From contig JASVEC010000148.1 in NCBI GenBank assembly GCA_030770535.1, positions 1 through 40,960 on the forward strand: a DNA stretch of 40,960 nt. Direction: 5' to 3'. The DNA comes from Batkoa obscura. Lineage: Eukaryota. Made by a program: the position numbers and the translations under genes. Within the stretch, counting starts at the first letter, position 1. Each line of letters starts with the position of its first letter. This document shows positions 24,461 through 33,880 of this stretch, in pieces. The notes below the pieces were generated by a model. That model worked only from the letters and a program-made list of their open reading frames with translations, was not told the DNA's origin and ran no database searches.

Positions 24461-25516
24461 ATGAAATTTCTTATTTTTTTATTACTCCTTGGTATTTCAG
24501 TAAGTGAAAAGACTATACCAAAAAAGAAACTAAATAAACAGTTAGAGACTTATGAGAAATTTATGCGAAAAGATGTTTATCAGGGTTTGATAAATCAAAG
24601 AGAAGAAATGAAAAGAATTGTGAAACATAAGAAGGAAAGGTCAATTAAAGACGGATTTAATATACAACATAGTGATCAAGTTCGTTTGCTTTCACAAGCT
24701 ATTAATTTAACTGAAATGGAAGATTTCCTGTTAAAGTATTCCCAATTTCCCACCAAGTTCTTTTTATCTAAATGGAGCCATGATGCTTCTGAATGGTTGT
24801 ATAACTATATTCAACTAAAAGTTAAAGACTCTAATTATACTGGAAAGGCTGAAGTAAGTAGGTTTGAGCATTTATTCGATCAAAATAGTATAATTGTTAG
24901 AATTGACGGAAAAGATGAAGTATTAAAAAAAGAAATTGTCATATTAGGCTCACACTTGGATTCCATTAACGATGATAATCCAATAGATGGGGCTGCGCCT
25001 GGTATGGATGATAATGCTAGCGGCATGGCTTGTAATTTACAAGTGCTAAATATAATATTAAAGAATAATATTCAGTTGAAGCGTAGCTTAGAATTTCACT
25101 TCTATGCCGCAGAAGAAGTGGGATTATTAGGTTCATATAGCGTTGCTTATGATTATTTCAAGAAGGATAAAAAGGTCACTGGTATGATTCAAATGGATAT
25201 GATTGGTCATTTATCAAAAAACAATGCTATTGCTATCATCAATGATTATACAGATAAAGGTTTAAACTTAATTTTAGCTGCTTTAATTCAGCATTATTTG
25301 GATTATAGTTATACAATTATAGAATGTGGATATGAGTGTTCTGATCATGCTGCTTGGGATTTTTTTGGATTCCCATCCTCTTTTCCTACTGAAGATTATG
25401 AGAATCCATTTAAGCACACTAAAGTTGACGATTTAAGTCATATAAACTTAATTCATTTCAAGGAATTCACTAAGTTAGCATTAGCTTTTGCTGTTGAATT
25501 AAGTATCATTCGTTAA
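24461..25516 (+). CDS. Secreted M28-family leucine aminopeptidase (351 aa, intronless)
   Basis: Signal peptide MKFLIFLLLLGISVS; Zn-ligand motifs GSHLDS, PGMDDNASG, YAAEEVGLLGS, QMDMIG, CGYECSDH, NPFKHT. Confidence 0.92.
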   Translation: MKFLIFLLLLGISVSEKTIPKKKLNKQLETYEKFMRKDVYQGLINQREEMKRIVKHKKERSIKDGFNIQHSDQVRLLSQAINLTEMEDFLLKYSQFPTKFFLSKWSHDASEWLYNYIQLKVKDSNYTGKAEVSRFEHLFDQNSIIVRIDGKDEVLKKEIVILGSHLDSINDDNPIDGAAPGMDDNASGMACNLQVLNIILKNNIQLKRSLEFHFYAAEEVGLLGSYSVAYDYFKKDKKVTGMIQMDMIGHLSKNNAIAIINDYTDKGLNLILAALIQHYLDYSYTIIECGYECSDHAAWDFFGFPSSFPTEDYENPFKHTKVDDLSHINLIHFKEFTKLALAFAVELSIIR

Positions 25517-25608
25517 ATAAAAGACTATTTTATTAGTTTATTAGTTTATTTGTATTCTTTATCACTATCATGTTAATTTTTCTATTTATCGAAATAACTA
25601 CTTTATGT

Positions 25609-25705
25609 AAGAGTGTTTTTTAGCTTTATCACTATCTCCATTTTTTAAGGGCTATTTGAGCGGAAAAATCGTTAGTAAAATTCTCAAATATATAAATAGA
25701 TTTCT
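25609..25705 (-). mobile_element. MITE family 1 copy (subtype shared with 36055-36153); marks the end of the duplicated P450 3' flank
   Basis: CTCCATTTTTTAAGGGCTATTTGAGCGGAAAAATCGTTAGTAAAATTCTCAAATATATAAATA is the exact reverse complement of part of the 36055 copy. Confidence 0.85.
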
Positions 25706-26521
25706 ATATAGTGCAAAGCTTTCAATTCGGTATCTTTGGTTTTACCTTTTTAGAGTAAAATCTATCAAGATCATAAATGTCAAGGTTGTGCTATTTGATA
25801 CAAAATATGACTCTAAGATCGACCCACTCTCATTGTTCATAATCATTATATTCAAGTAGTTAATTCGGGATAAAGTTTATTGCTATATTTTGCTTTATGA
25901 AGATGTATATACATAGAATCATTTGTTTTGAGAAACAAAGCTTTTTAATCTTTAAGATGAAATAAACAAAAGCTTTAATAAATAAAAGTACAAATATCAA
26001 TGTTCAAAGCATCTATCCGTTATGCTAAGTTAAAAAGAGTGTTAAATGTTTGATCATAAATGCAATATTCAAGCTAAGAGAAAAGTAAGTTTACAAAGAA
26101 TTGAGCTTGTTTTAAGTATAATAAAGCATAGTCTTAACTAACAATAAATAAATAAATAATAAAAATATTTAATCCAGGGTTCAACTTTTCCCCGGTTTTA
26201 ATTCAATATAAAAGCAGTTAATAAGTGTAAGTAATATGAAAACGATAATTATGTTTTTTCTGTTTAAGTTGACTATAACACTTTTCAAATTTTGATCTTC
26301 TAAAAATAGAATAAAACAAATGAACTTTTTTTTAGTTTGATAATTTATAAACATTTTGTACAAAAATATTTCCCTTTGAATCTTGTAAATTTGATTCTAA
26401 ATTTATTGTAGAAATTATTATTGTCAATCATGTTTTTGAAATCATCCAAATAAACAAACAAAAATAAAAAAATAAGAATTTAGTTTTAAAATTTAATAGT
26501 ACTATAAAGAATCCTAAGTGA

Positions 26522-28024
26522 CTATACTAAAACTCGGAAGTTTAAATTATAATCTTTTGGTAATAACAAGAAACTATCAGCGAGGCTAAGAGGGGCACCT
26601 TTAGATTGAGGAGCATCTTTATCATAAGACACATGATATCTAGAAAGTATAAGGCTTAATACTAGCTTCTGTTCTAAAATCGAAAAATTTAGACCAATAC
26701 ACGATCGAGTTCCTGCACCAAATGGCATCCAAAGGTAAGGATCAATTTTATCATCATTCATAAATCTTTGTGGATTGAAAGTATTAGGATCTTCCCAATT
26801 ATCTGGATCACGATGAATTGAATAGATATCAATGTTGATAGTGGTGTTTGGTGGTACTATAAAACCATTTACTTCAAACTCTTTTTTATTAATACGTTCT
26901 GGCAATCTATTGACTGATGGATACAACCTCATCGTTTCTTTCATAATTGCATAAAGATAATGCATTTCTTTAGTTTGTTCAATAGTTGGAATAACAATAT
27001 CAGATATATCTTTGTTGTTGTATTCATTGATATTCATTACTTTCATTACTTCTTTACGTGCTCTTTCTTGAATATCTGGATTTTGAGCCAAGAAATGTAA
27101 GGCAGCAGACAATGCAAAAGCTGTAGTATCATGACCGGCTAATAAAAATATCATGATGTTGTCACGAATTTCTTTTTCAGTAAATTGAACATCTTCTTCC
27201 ATACTAGCTTTTATCATCAAAGTTAAAATGTCTTCATCAGCTTCACTTTTACATTGATTATTAGCCAAATTAAGTCTCTTTTCTTTCAAAATTGAGTTAA
27301 AGTAACTTTCAAGGATCATTAGTTGATCATAAGCTGGTTTACGAAGCGGATTCCAAGCGTTATCAAAAATGGGAAAAAAGAAGTAGAAAGCTTTAAGCGA
27401 GCCATTTTGAATATAGTTGTAAGCATCGATAAACTCAACATGATCATTTTCAACAGAATTGAAATCTACACCCATAATACCTTTACCCAAGGCATCCATA
27501 GTAATTCTTTGCATATATTTATGAACATCTATATCATTACCATTTACTTTTTCAGCTACTTTAAAAAAGCCTTTAATAGCATCGGTAAATATTTGAGTAG
27601 AGAATTGTTTTTTGAATGGTGGATTTAATACTTTACGATGACGCTTCCATACATTATGATTTGAGAATACCAAATTGATACCCATAAATTTAGAGAACAG
27701 ACTGTTAGGTAATGCTTCAATAGGTATCTCTTTAGGAAAGTTAATAGTATCATTATAAATCATCTTTGCTGCTTTTGGACAAGAAACCAAAACTGTCCAT
27801 AATCCTATATTACTTTCCACTTGTATTTTATGCTTTCTTAATATCTCACCATTGAATGCTTCGATTTTGATGTCGGTTGGTGCTGTATAAAAGATAGCTT
27901 TAATCGAATCTATTAAGCCTCTAGAAGGTAAATGAGCAAGATTACTTGGTTTCTTTAAAAAAAAGAAATAGAAGTAAAGTGCTGGAATCAAAGATATAAC
28001 TAATATAAAAGTTGTTATTGTCAT
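26522..28024 (-). CDS. Cytochrome P450, copy 1 (500 aa, intronless)
   Basis: N-terminal membrane anchor, WKRHR, AGHDTT (I helix), ETMR (ExxR), PQRF, FGAGTRSCIG (heme Cys). Confidence 0.97.
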   Translation of the reverse strand: MTITTFILVISLIPALYFYFFFLKKPSNLAHLPSRGLIDSIKAIFYTAPTDIKIEAFNGEILRKHKIQVESNIGLWTVLVSCPKAAKMIYNDTINFPKEIPIEALPNSLFSKFMGINLVFSNHNVWKRHRKVLNPPFKKQFSTQIFTDAIKGFFKVAEKVNGNDIDVHKYMQRITMDALGKGIMGVDFNSVENDHVEFIDAYNYIQNGSLKAFYFFFPIFDNAWNPLRKPAYDQLMILESYFNSILKEKRLNLANNQCKSEADEDILTLMIKASMEEDVQFTEKEIRDNIMIFLLAGHDTTAFALSAALHFLAQNPDIQERARKEVMKVMNINEYNNKDISDIVIPTIEQTKEMHYLYAIMKETMRLYPSVNRLPERINKKEFEVNGFIVPPNTTINIDIYSIHRDPDNWEDPNTFNPQRFMNDDKIDPYLWMPFGAGTRSCIGLNFSILEQKLVLSLILSRYHVSYDKDAPQSKGAPLSLADSFLLLPKDYNLNFRVLV

Positions 28025-28292
28025 TTTTTTATAATTTGTTTAATCAATCACTGCTTGATTTTATACCTTTTCAGTTAAAATATTTTGTTTTTACTATTTT
28101 CTTCGGCTCCTACTTCTTTCCATCGGACCGTTCCTAATGACCAATTATTAAAAACTATTGAGTTTAGATGATGAATTAAAATTATAACATTTGTTTAGCT
28201 AGCTATGGTTCAAAAATGATAACCCGAGTTACTCTAAAGAATTGTTAAAATTTTAAGCATAGGGTTAAATGTATTTTAATATATCACACCTA

Positions 28293-28445
28293 TTATAACT
28301 CTTTTACGACCTTCTTGACTATCTATTTGCCGCAAAAAATTATGTCAAATTCTGCTAAAATCTAGAAAATAGGCTTTAAAAAAATCTTTATATAAATGGT
28401 TTTACTATAAAATCTATAGCTAAAAGGATCGCAAAAGAGTTGTAA
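28293..28445. mobile_element. MITE family 2 (153 bp), TA-flanked, upstream of P450 copy 1
   Basis: TTATAACTCTTTTACGACC ... GGATCGCAAAAGAGTTGTAA inverted termini; TA at 28291-28292 and 28446-28447; a homologous terminus lies at about 33611-33639. Confidence 0.6.
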
Positions 28446-28648
28446 TAACTCTACTATTGTTGGATGCGTAGATTATCTATTTTCCACTTAAATGTTGAAG
28501 TTTTAAGCATATTGTTCCACACCAAAATCATTAAAGTTTAAGCTGGCCAATTCAAGGGACAATTAATCGGTTTTTGAAACGTTTATACTGAATTTAAAAT
28601 TACCAAATTAGTAAGTTTTATCCAGTAATAAAATTATTTTATACATAT

Positions 28649-28740
28649 GGAAATGTATTTATGTATTTGAGAATTTTACTAACAGTTTTTCCGCTCAAAT
28701 AGCCCTTAAAACATGGAAAAAGTGAAATAAAGAATACCTT
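28649..28740 (+). mobile_element. MITE family 1 copy
   Basis: GGAAATGTATTTATGTATTTGAGAATTTTACTAACAGTTTTTCCGCTCAAATAGCCCTTAAAA; flanks ATAT/ATAT. Confidence 0.85.
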
Positions 28741-29753
28741 ATATGGAATTCAAGAAGTTACAAATTATTTTATTTAATACTACAGCCAATATAGATTATA
28801 CTATCCAAGTTTTAAAGGACTGAAAGATACTTGATTTTCTGAGTTACAAGAATAACGACATTATTCTAAAAATTACAAATGGTACGTTTTTTAAAATTTA
28901 GATTAATTTCCAAGTAAATTCTGAGACCAATTTGGACAATCCCATACAATGTCATTCTAAAACTTAAATTTTTAAATTTGTCTTTAATGTGACAGTTAAA
29001 TCTAAAAAGCTTAAAATTAAATCTCTTTAACTTAAAAAACTTATTTTAATTGTTTCCTTTTCTTGAATAATTGATTTTTCTAACTACATGTTTTATATTA
29101 TTTCTGTCAAATACTTAATGGATATACAATATATAACTGTACAATTATATAAATGTAGTTATCTGACTTTGTTTTGTTGAAATAAAAATAAAAGCAAACT
29201 TTGATAACTAAATTGCGAAATGGGATTTTTGAAAATTTTAATACAATAGGGAGGAGCACACAATATAAACATTGTGATTCGTTTACATCAGTTTTAATAG
29301 CTACTGTGAATTATCGCTTTGTCACCTCCATGATTAATTATAACATAATAAACACTTAAATTGTTGTGGTCTCGAGTTCAGAGACAATCAATCCCATGCT
29401 CTTAGTTTGATTTACTGTGAGAATTTCTAGCTTCATCCCAAAAAAAATTATCTTCTCATTTTGATATTTGTACTTGTCAAAGTATAAAAGAGATTTTGGG
29501 GTATAGTAGCTCGAGGCTTTTTAACTGAGTTATTCCTTGATATCTCACATGTAATAAAGTCGCTAAGTTTTCTTAATGGTATTTTATATTAGTATCGTCT
29601 ACTCTATTTGTCTTATATGGTCCGTAGCCTATTGCGTGGTATTCTCTGTAATTCAAGTCTATCTTAGTCACATAAATTAAGACCTTTTGACTTACAGTAT
29701 AGTCAACTAGGCAATAACTATTTTTGACTCCAACCACTGAGTATTGGATTTCA

Positions 29754-29801
29754 CAGTGCTCAAAAAATAGAGAAAGTAATGAAACCAAAAAAGGCACTCT
29801 C
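29754..29801 (+). mobile_element. MITE family 1, 3' half only
   Basis: CAGTGCTCAAAAAATAGAGAAAGTAATGAAACCAAAAAAGGCACTCTC matches the right half of the consensus. Confidence 0.6.
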
Positions 29802-29987
29802 AAATCTTGATAAAATAGTCAAATTGTTTAATAAATCTTATAGAATAATTTTATTTTGCTCATTTTGTATTTTTTGTACTTTTGATAATAGACTGTAATG
29901 TTAATATTTTATTATTATTACTTATTTTTGAATAATCATATTGATTTTGTATTAAATCTAAAACTTTCACATTCGTTAAAAGAATAT

Positions 29988-30085
29988 GAGGGATGTATTT
30001 TTTTGCTTAAGAATTTCACTAACAATTTTTCCGCTCAAATAGCCCTTAAAAATGGAGAAAGTAATGAAACCGAAAAAATATCTCT
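29988..30085 (+). mobile_element. MITE family 1 copy
   Basis: GAGGGATGTATTTTTTTG...TTTCCGCTCAAATAGCCCTTAAAAATGGAGAAAGTAATGAAACC; flanks ATAT/GTAT. Confidence 0.85.
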
Positions 30086-30242
30086 GTATCTTTATTTAAT
30101 ATAAACTATAGTTTTTACTTAAACACTTTATACTTTATTATATTAAATTTCACATAAACATTTGTATTTTTTATTTTGGAGAGAATTATAAAGGCAATAT
30201 GAGTTGTTAAATATAAATTAAAAGTACTAATAAAGAGAGAAT

Positions 30243-30336
30243 GGGGATGTATTTTTGCATTTCAGAATTTTACTACAACCTTTCCACTCAAATAGTGTTT
30301 AAAAAATAGAAGTAATAAAGCCAAAAAAACATCCCC
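30243..30336 (+). mobile_element. MITE family 1 copy
   Basis: GGGGATGTATTTTT...AAAAAAACATCCCC; flanks GAAT/GAAT. Confidence 0.9.
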
Positions 30337-31117
30337 GAATAATAGTTATAATAAAAGAGCTTTTTTATATTTTGATTATTAGCTAATTTAGCCATAGTTT
30401 AAGAATACTCATTAAGTTATCTAAACTTATATTTGATGAAAATCAAGGATATCGGAACATATTAATGTTTTTAATAAAAAGAAGCTTTATATGTAATTAA
30501 TAATTAAACTACTTTTATTATTAAAACCATAAAGGTATTAAAATGGAAAGCAAAATTAATAAAAAAATTAAAACAATTAAATATTTAAGAAAAACTTTTA
30601 TTTTCATTTAAAATTATTCAATTATTAGATTATCTTATAAATTTTATAAACTAGCAGCTTCTTTATATCATAATTGGAATAAATTATGATTATAAATACT
30701 AGAAAATATAATATAATAGTTTAAACTATTCCATTTCTAATGCTAATAATATTCGATTTTAATTATTATTAAATAAAAAAAATAAAAAAATAAAAAATAA
30801 ATAATAAATAATAAATAAACAAAAGTATGAGTATAATAAAGCTTTATGGTTTTAATAATAAAAGTAGTTTAATTATTAATTACATATAAAGCTTCTTTTT
30901 ATTAAAAACATTAATATGTTCCGATATCCTTGATTTTCATCAAATATAAGTTTAGATAACTTAATGAGTATTCTTAAACTATGGCTAAATTAGCTAATAA
31001 TCAAAATATAAAAAAGCTCTTTTATTATAACTATTATTCGGGGATGTTTTTTTGGCTTTATTACTTCTATTTTTTAAACACTATTTGAGTGGAAAGGTTA
31101 TAGTAAAATTCTGAAAT
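30259..31117. repeat. Inverted duplication: 276-bp arms (30259-30534 and 30842-31117), 307-bp AT-rich spacer
   Basis: Arms are reverse complements (paired coordinates sum to 61376); one mismatch seen (TACAACC vs GGTTATA). Confidence 0.95.
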
Positions 31118-31234
31118 ATATGGGGATGTATTTTTGTTTAAGAATTTTACTACAACCTTTCCACTCAAATAGTGCTTAAAAAAAATGGAAAAATAATGAA
31201 ACCAAAAAAAACAGCCCCATATAAATACATTTCT
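31040..31234 (-). mobile_element. Chimeric MITE family 1 copy containing a nested insertion
   Basis: 31040-31117 is the reverse complement of the 30243 copy; 31219-31234 is the reverse complement of the start of the 36055 copy; the flanks (ATTC, ATAT) come from the two different parents. Confidence 0.8.
31122..31218 (+). mobile_element. MITE family 1 copy nested inside another copy
   Basis: GGGGATGTATTTTTG...AAAAAAAACAGCCCC; ATAT duplicated at 31118-31121 and 31219-31222; the empty site is visible at 36061-36075 and 25685-25698. Confidence 0.92.
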
Positions 31235-31905
31235 ATATAGTGCAAAGCTTTCAATTCGGGTATCTTTGGTTTTACCTTTTTAGAGTAAAATCTATCAAGA
31301 TTATAAATGTCAAGGTTGTGCTATTTGATACAAAATATGACTCTAAGATCGACCCACTCTCATTGTTCATAATCATTATATTCAAGTAGTTAATTCGGGA
31401 TAAAGTTTATTGCTATATTTTGCTTTATGAAGATGTATATACATAGAATCATTTGTTTTGAGAAACAAAGGTTTTTAATCTTTAAGATGAAATAAACAAA
31501 AGCTTTAATAAATAAAAGTACAAATATCAATGTTCAAAGCATCTATCCGTTATGCTAAGTTAAAAAGAGTGTTAAATGTTTGATCATAAATGCAATATTC
31601 AAGCTAAGAGAAAAGTAAGTTTACAAAGAATTGAGCTTGTTTCAAGTATAATAAAGCATAGTCTTAACTAACAATAAATAAATAAATAAAAATAAGAAAT
31701 TTAATCCAGGGTTCAACTTTTCCCCGGTTTTAATTCAATACAAAAGCAGTTAATAAGTGTAAGTAATATGAAAACAATAATTATGTTTTTTCTGTTTAAG
31801 TTGACTATAACACTTCTCAAATTTTGATCTTCTAAAAATAGAATAAAATAAAGAAATAAAATTTTAGTTTTAAAATTTAATAGTACTATAAAGAATCCTA
31901 AGTGA

Positions 31906-33408
31906 CTATGCTAAAACTCGGAAGTTTAACTTATAATCTTTTGGTAAGAATAAGAAATTATCACCAAGGCTAAGAGGGGCACCTTTAGATTGAGGAGCAT
32001 CTTTATCATAAGACACATGATATCTAGAGAGTATAAGGCTTAATACTAGCTTCTGTTCTAAAATCGAAAAATTTAGACCAATACACGATCGAGTTCCTCT
32101 ACCAAATGGCATCCAAAGGTAAGGATCAATTTTATCATCATTCATAAATCTTTCTGGATTGAAAGTATTAGGATCTTCCCAATTATCTGGATCACGATGA
32201 ATTGAATAGATATCAACCACAACCCTAGCGTTTGGTGGTACTATAAAACCATTTACTTCAAACTCTTTTTTATTAATACGTTCTGGTAATACACGGATTG
32301 ATGGATACAACCTCATCGTTTCTTTCATAATTGCATAAAGATAATGCATTTCTTTAGTTTGTTCAATAGTTGGAATAACAATATCAGATATATCTTTGTT
32401 GTTGTATTCATTGATATTCATTACTTTCATTACTTCTTTACGTGCTCTTTCTTGAATATCTGGATTTTGAGCCAAGAAATGTAAGGCAGCAGATAATGCA
32501 AAAGCTGTAGTATCATGACCAGCTGCTAAAAATACCATAATCTCATCATGAATTTCTTTTTCAGTAAATTGAACATCTTCTTCCATACTAGCTTTTATCA
32601 TCAAAGTTAAAATGTCTTCATCAGCTTCACTTTTACATTGATTATTAGCCAAATTAAGTCTCTTTTCTTTCAAAATTGAGTTAAAGTAACTTTCAAGGAT
32701 CATTAGTTGATCATAAGCTGGTTTACGAAGCGGATTCCAAGAGTTATCAAGAAATGGGAAAAAGAAGTAAAAAGGTTTAAATGAACTATTTTGAGCATAA
32801 TTGTAAGCATCAATAAACTCAACATGATCATTTTCAACAGAATTGAAATCTACACCCATAATACCTTTACCCAAGGCATCCATAGTAATTCTTTGCATAT
32901 ATTTATGAACATCTATATCATTGCCATTTACTTTTTCAGCTACTTTAAAAAAGCCTTTAATAGCATCGGTAAATATTTGAGTAGAGAATTGTTTTTTGAA
33001 TGGTGGATTTAATACTTTACGATGACGCTTCCATACATTATGATTTGATAATACTAGATTTGTACCCAAAAATTTGTACATTAAACTATTGGGGAATGCC
33101 TCAACAATCATCTCTTTAGGAAAGTTAATAGTATCATTATAAATCATCTTTGCTGCTTTTGGACAAGAAACTAAAACTGTCCATGATCCTGTATTACTTT
33201 CCACTTGTACTTTATGCTTTTTTAATATCTCACTATTGAATGCTTCGATTTTGATGTCGGTTGGTGTTTTATAAAAGATAGCTTTAATCGAATCTATTAA
33301 GCCTCTAGAAGGTAAATGAGCAAGATTACTTGGTTTCTTTAAAAAAAAGAAATAGAAGTAAAGTGCTGGAATCAAAGGTACAATTAATATAAAAGTTGTT
33401 ATTGTCAT
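31906..33408 (-). CDS. Cytochrome P450, copy 2 (500 aa, intronless)
   Basis: AGHDTT, ETMR, PERF, FGRGTRSCIG. Confidence 0.97.
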   Translation of the reverse strand: MTITTFILIVPLIPALYFYFFFLKKPSNLAHLPSRGLIDSIKAIFYKTPTDIKIEAFNSEILKKHKVQVESNTGSWTVLVSCPKAAKMIYNDTINFPKEMIVEAFPNSLMYKFLGTNLVLSNHNVWKRHRKVLNPPFKKQFSTQIFTDAIKGFFKVAEKVNGNDIDVHKYMQRITMDALGKGIMGVDFNSVENDHVEFIDAYNYAQNSSFKPFYFFFPFLDNSWNPLRKPAYDQLMILESYFNSILKEKRLNLANNQCKSEADEDILTLMIKASMEEDVQFTEKEIHDEIMVFLAAGHDTTAFALSAALHFLAQNPDIQERARKEVMKVMNINEYNNKDISDIVIPTIEQTKEMHYLYAIMKETMRLYPSIRVLPERINKKEFEVNGFIVPPNARVVVDIYSIHRDPDNWEDPNTFNPERFMNDDKIDPYLWMPFGRGTRSCIGLNFSILEQKLVLSLILSRYHVSYDKDAPQSKGAPLSLGDNFLFLPKDYKLNFRVLA

Positions 33409-33880
33409 TTTTTTATAATTTGTTTAATCAATTACTGCTTGATTTTATACTTTTTTTAAAAAAAATTACTATTTTCCTCGGTTTCTATTTCTTTCCATTA
33501 TACTTTCTTAATGACCAATTAAAAACTATACTAAACCAAAATTATGGCACTTGTTTAGCTAGCTATAATTAAAAATAATAACTCAAATACTCTAAAAATT
33601 GCTAAAATTTACCACAAAAAGGTCGCAAAAGAGTTGCAGTAGGTGTGGTATATAAAAATACATCTAACCCTATGCTTAAAATTTTAGCAATTTTTAGAGT
33701 ATTTGAGTTATTATTTTTAATTATAGCTAGCTAAACAAGTGCCATAATTTTGGTTTAGTATAGTTTTTAATTGGTCATTAAGAAAGTATAATGGAAAGAA
33801 ATAGAAACCGAGGAAAATAGTAATTTTTTTTAAAAAAAGTATAAAATCAAGCAGTAATTGATTAAACAAATTATAAAAAA

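Noticed and set aside
29370..29803. Slightly GC-richer stretch with a stop-interrupted minus-strand frame (similar stretches near 14500-15120, 17720-18010, 23000-23700 and 38800-39180)
   Set aside because: Possibly decayed genes or transposon relics, but I recognise no motif; BLASTX or HMM searches would be needed.
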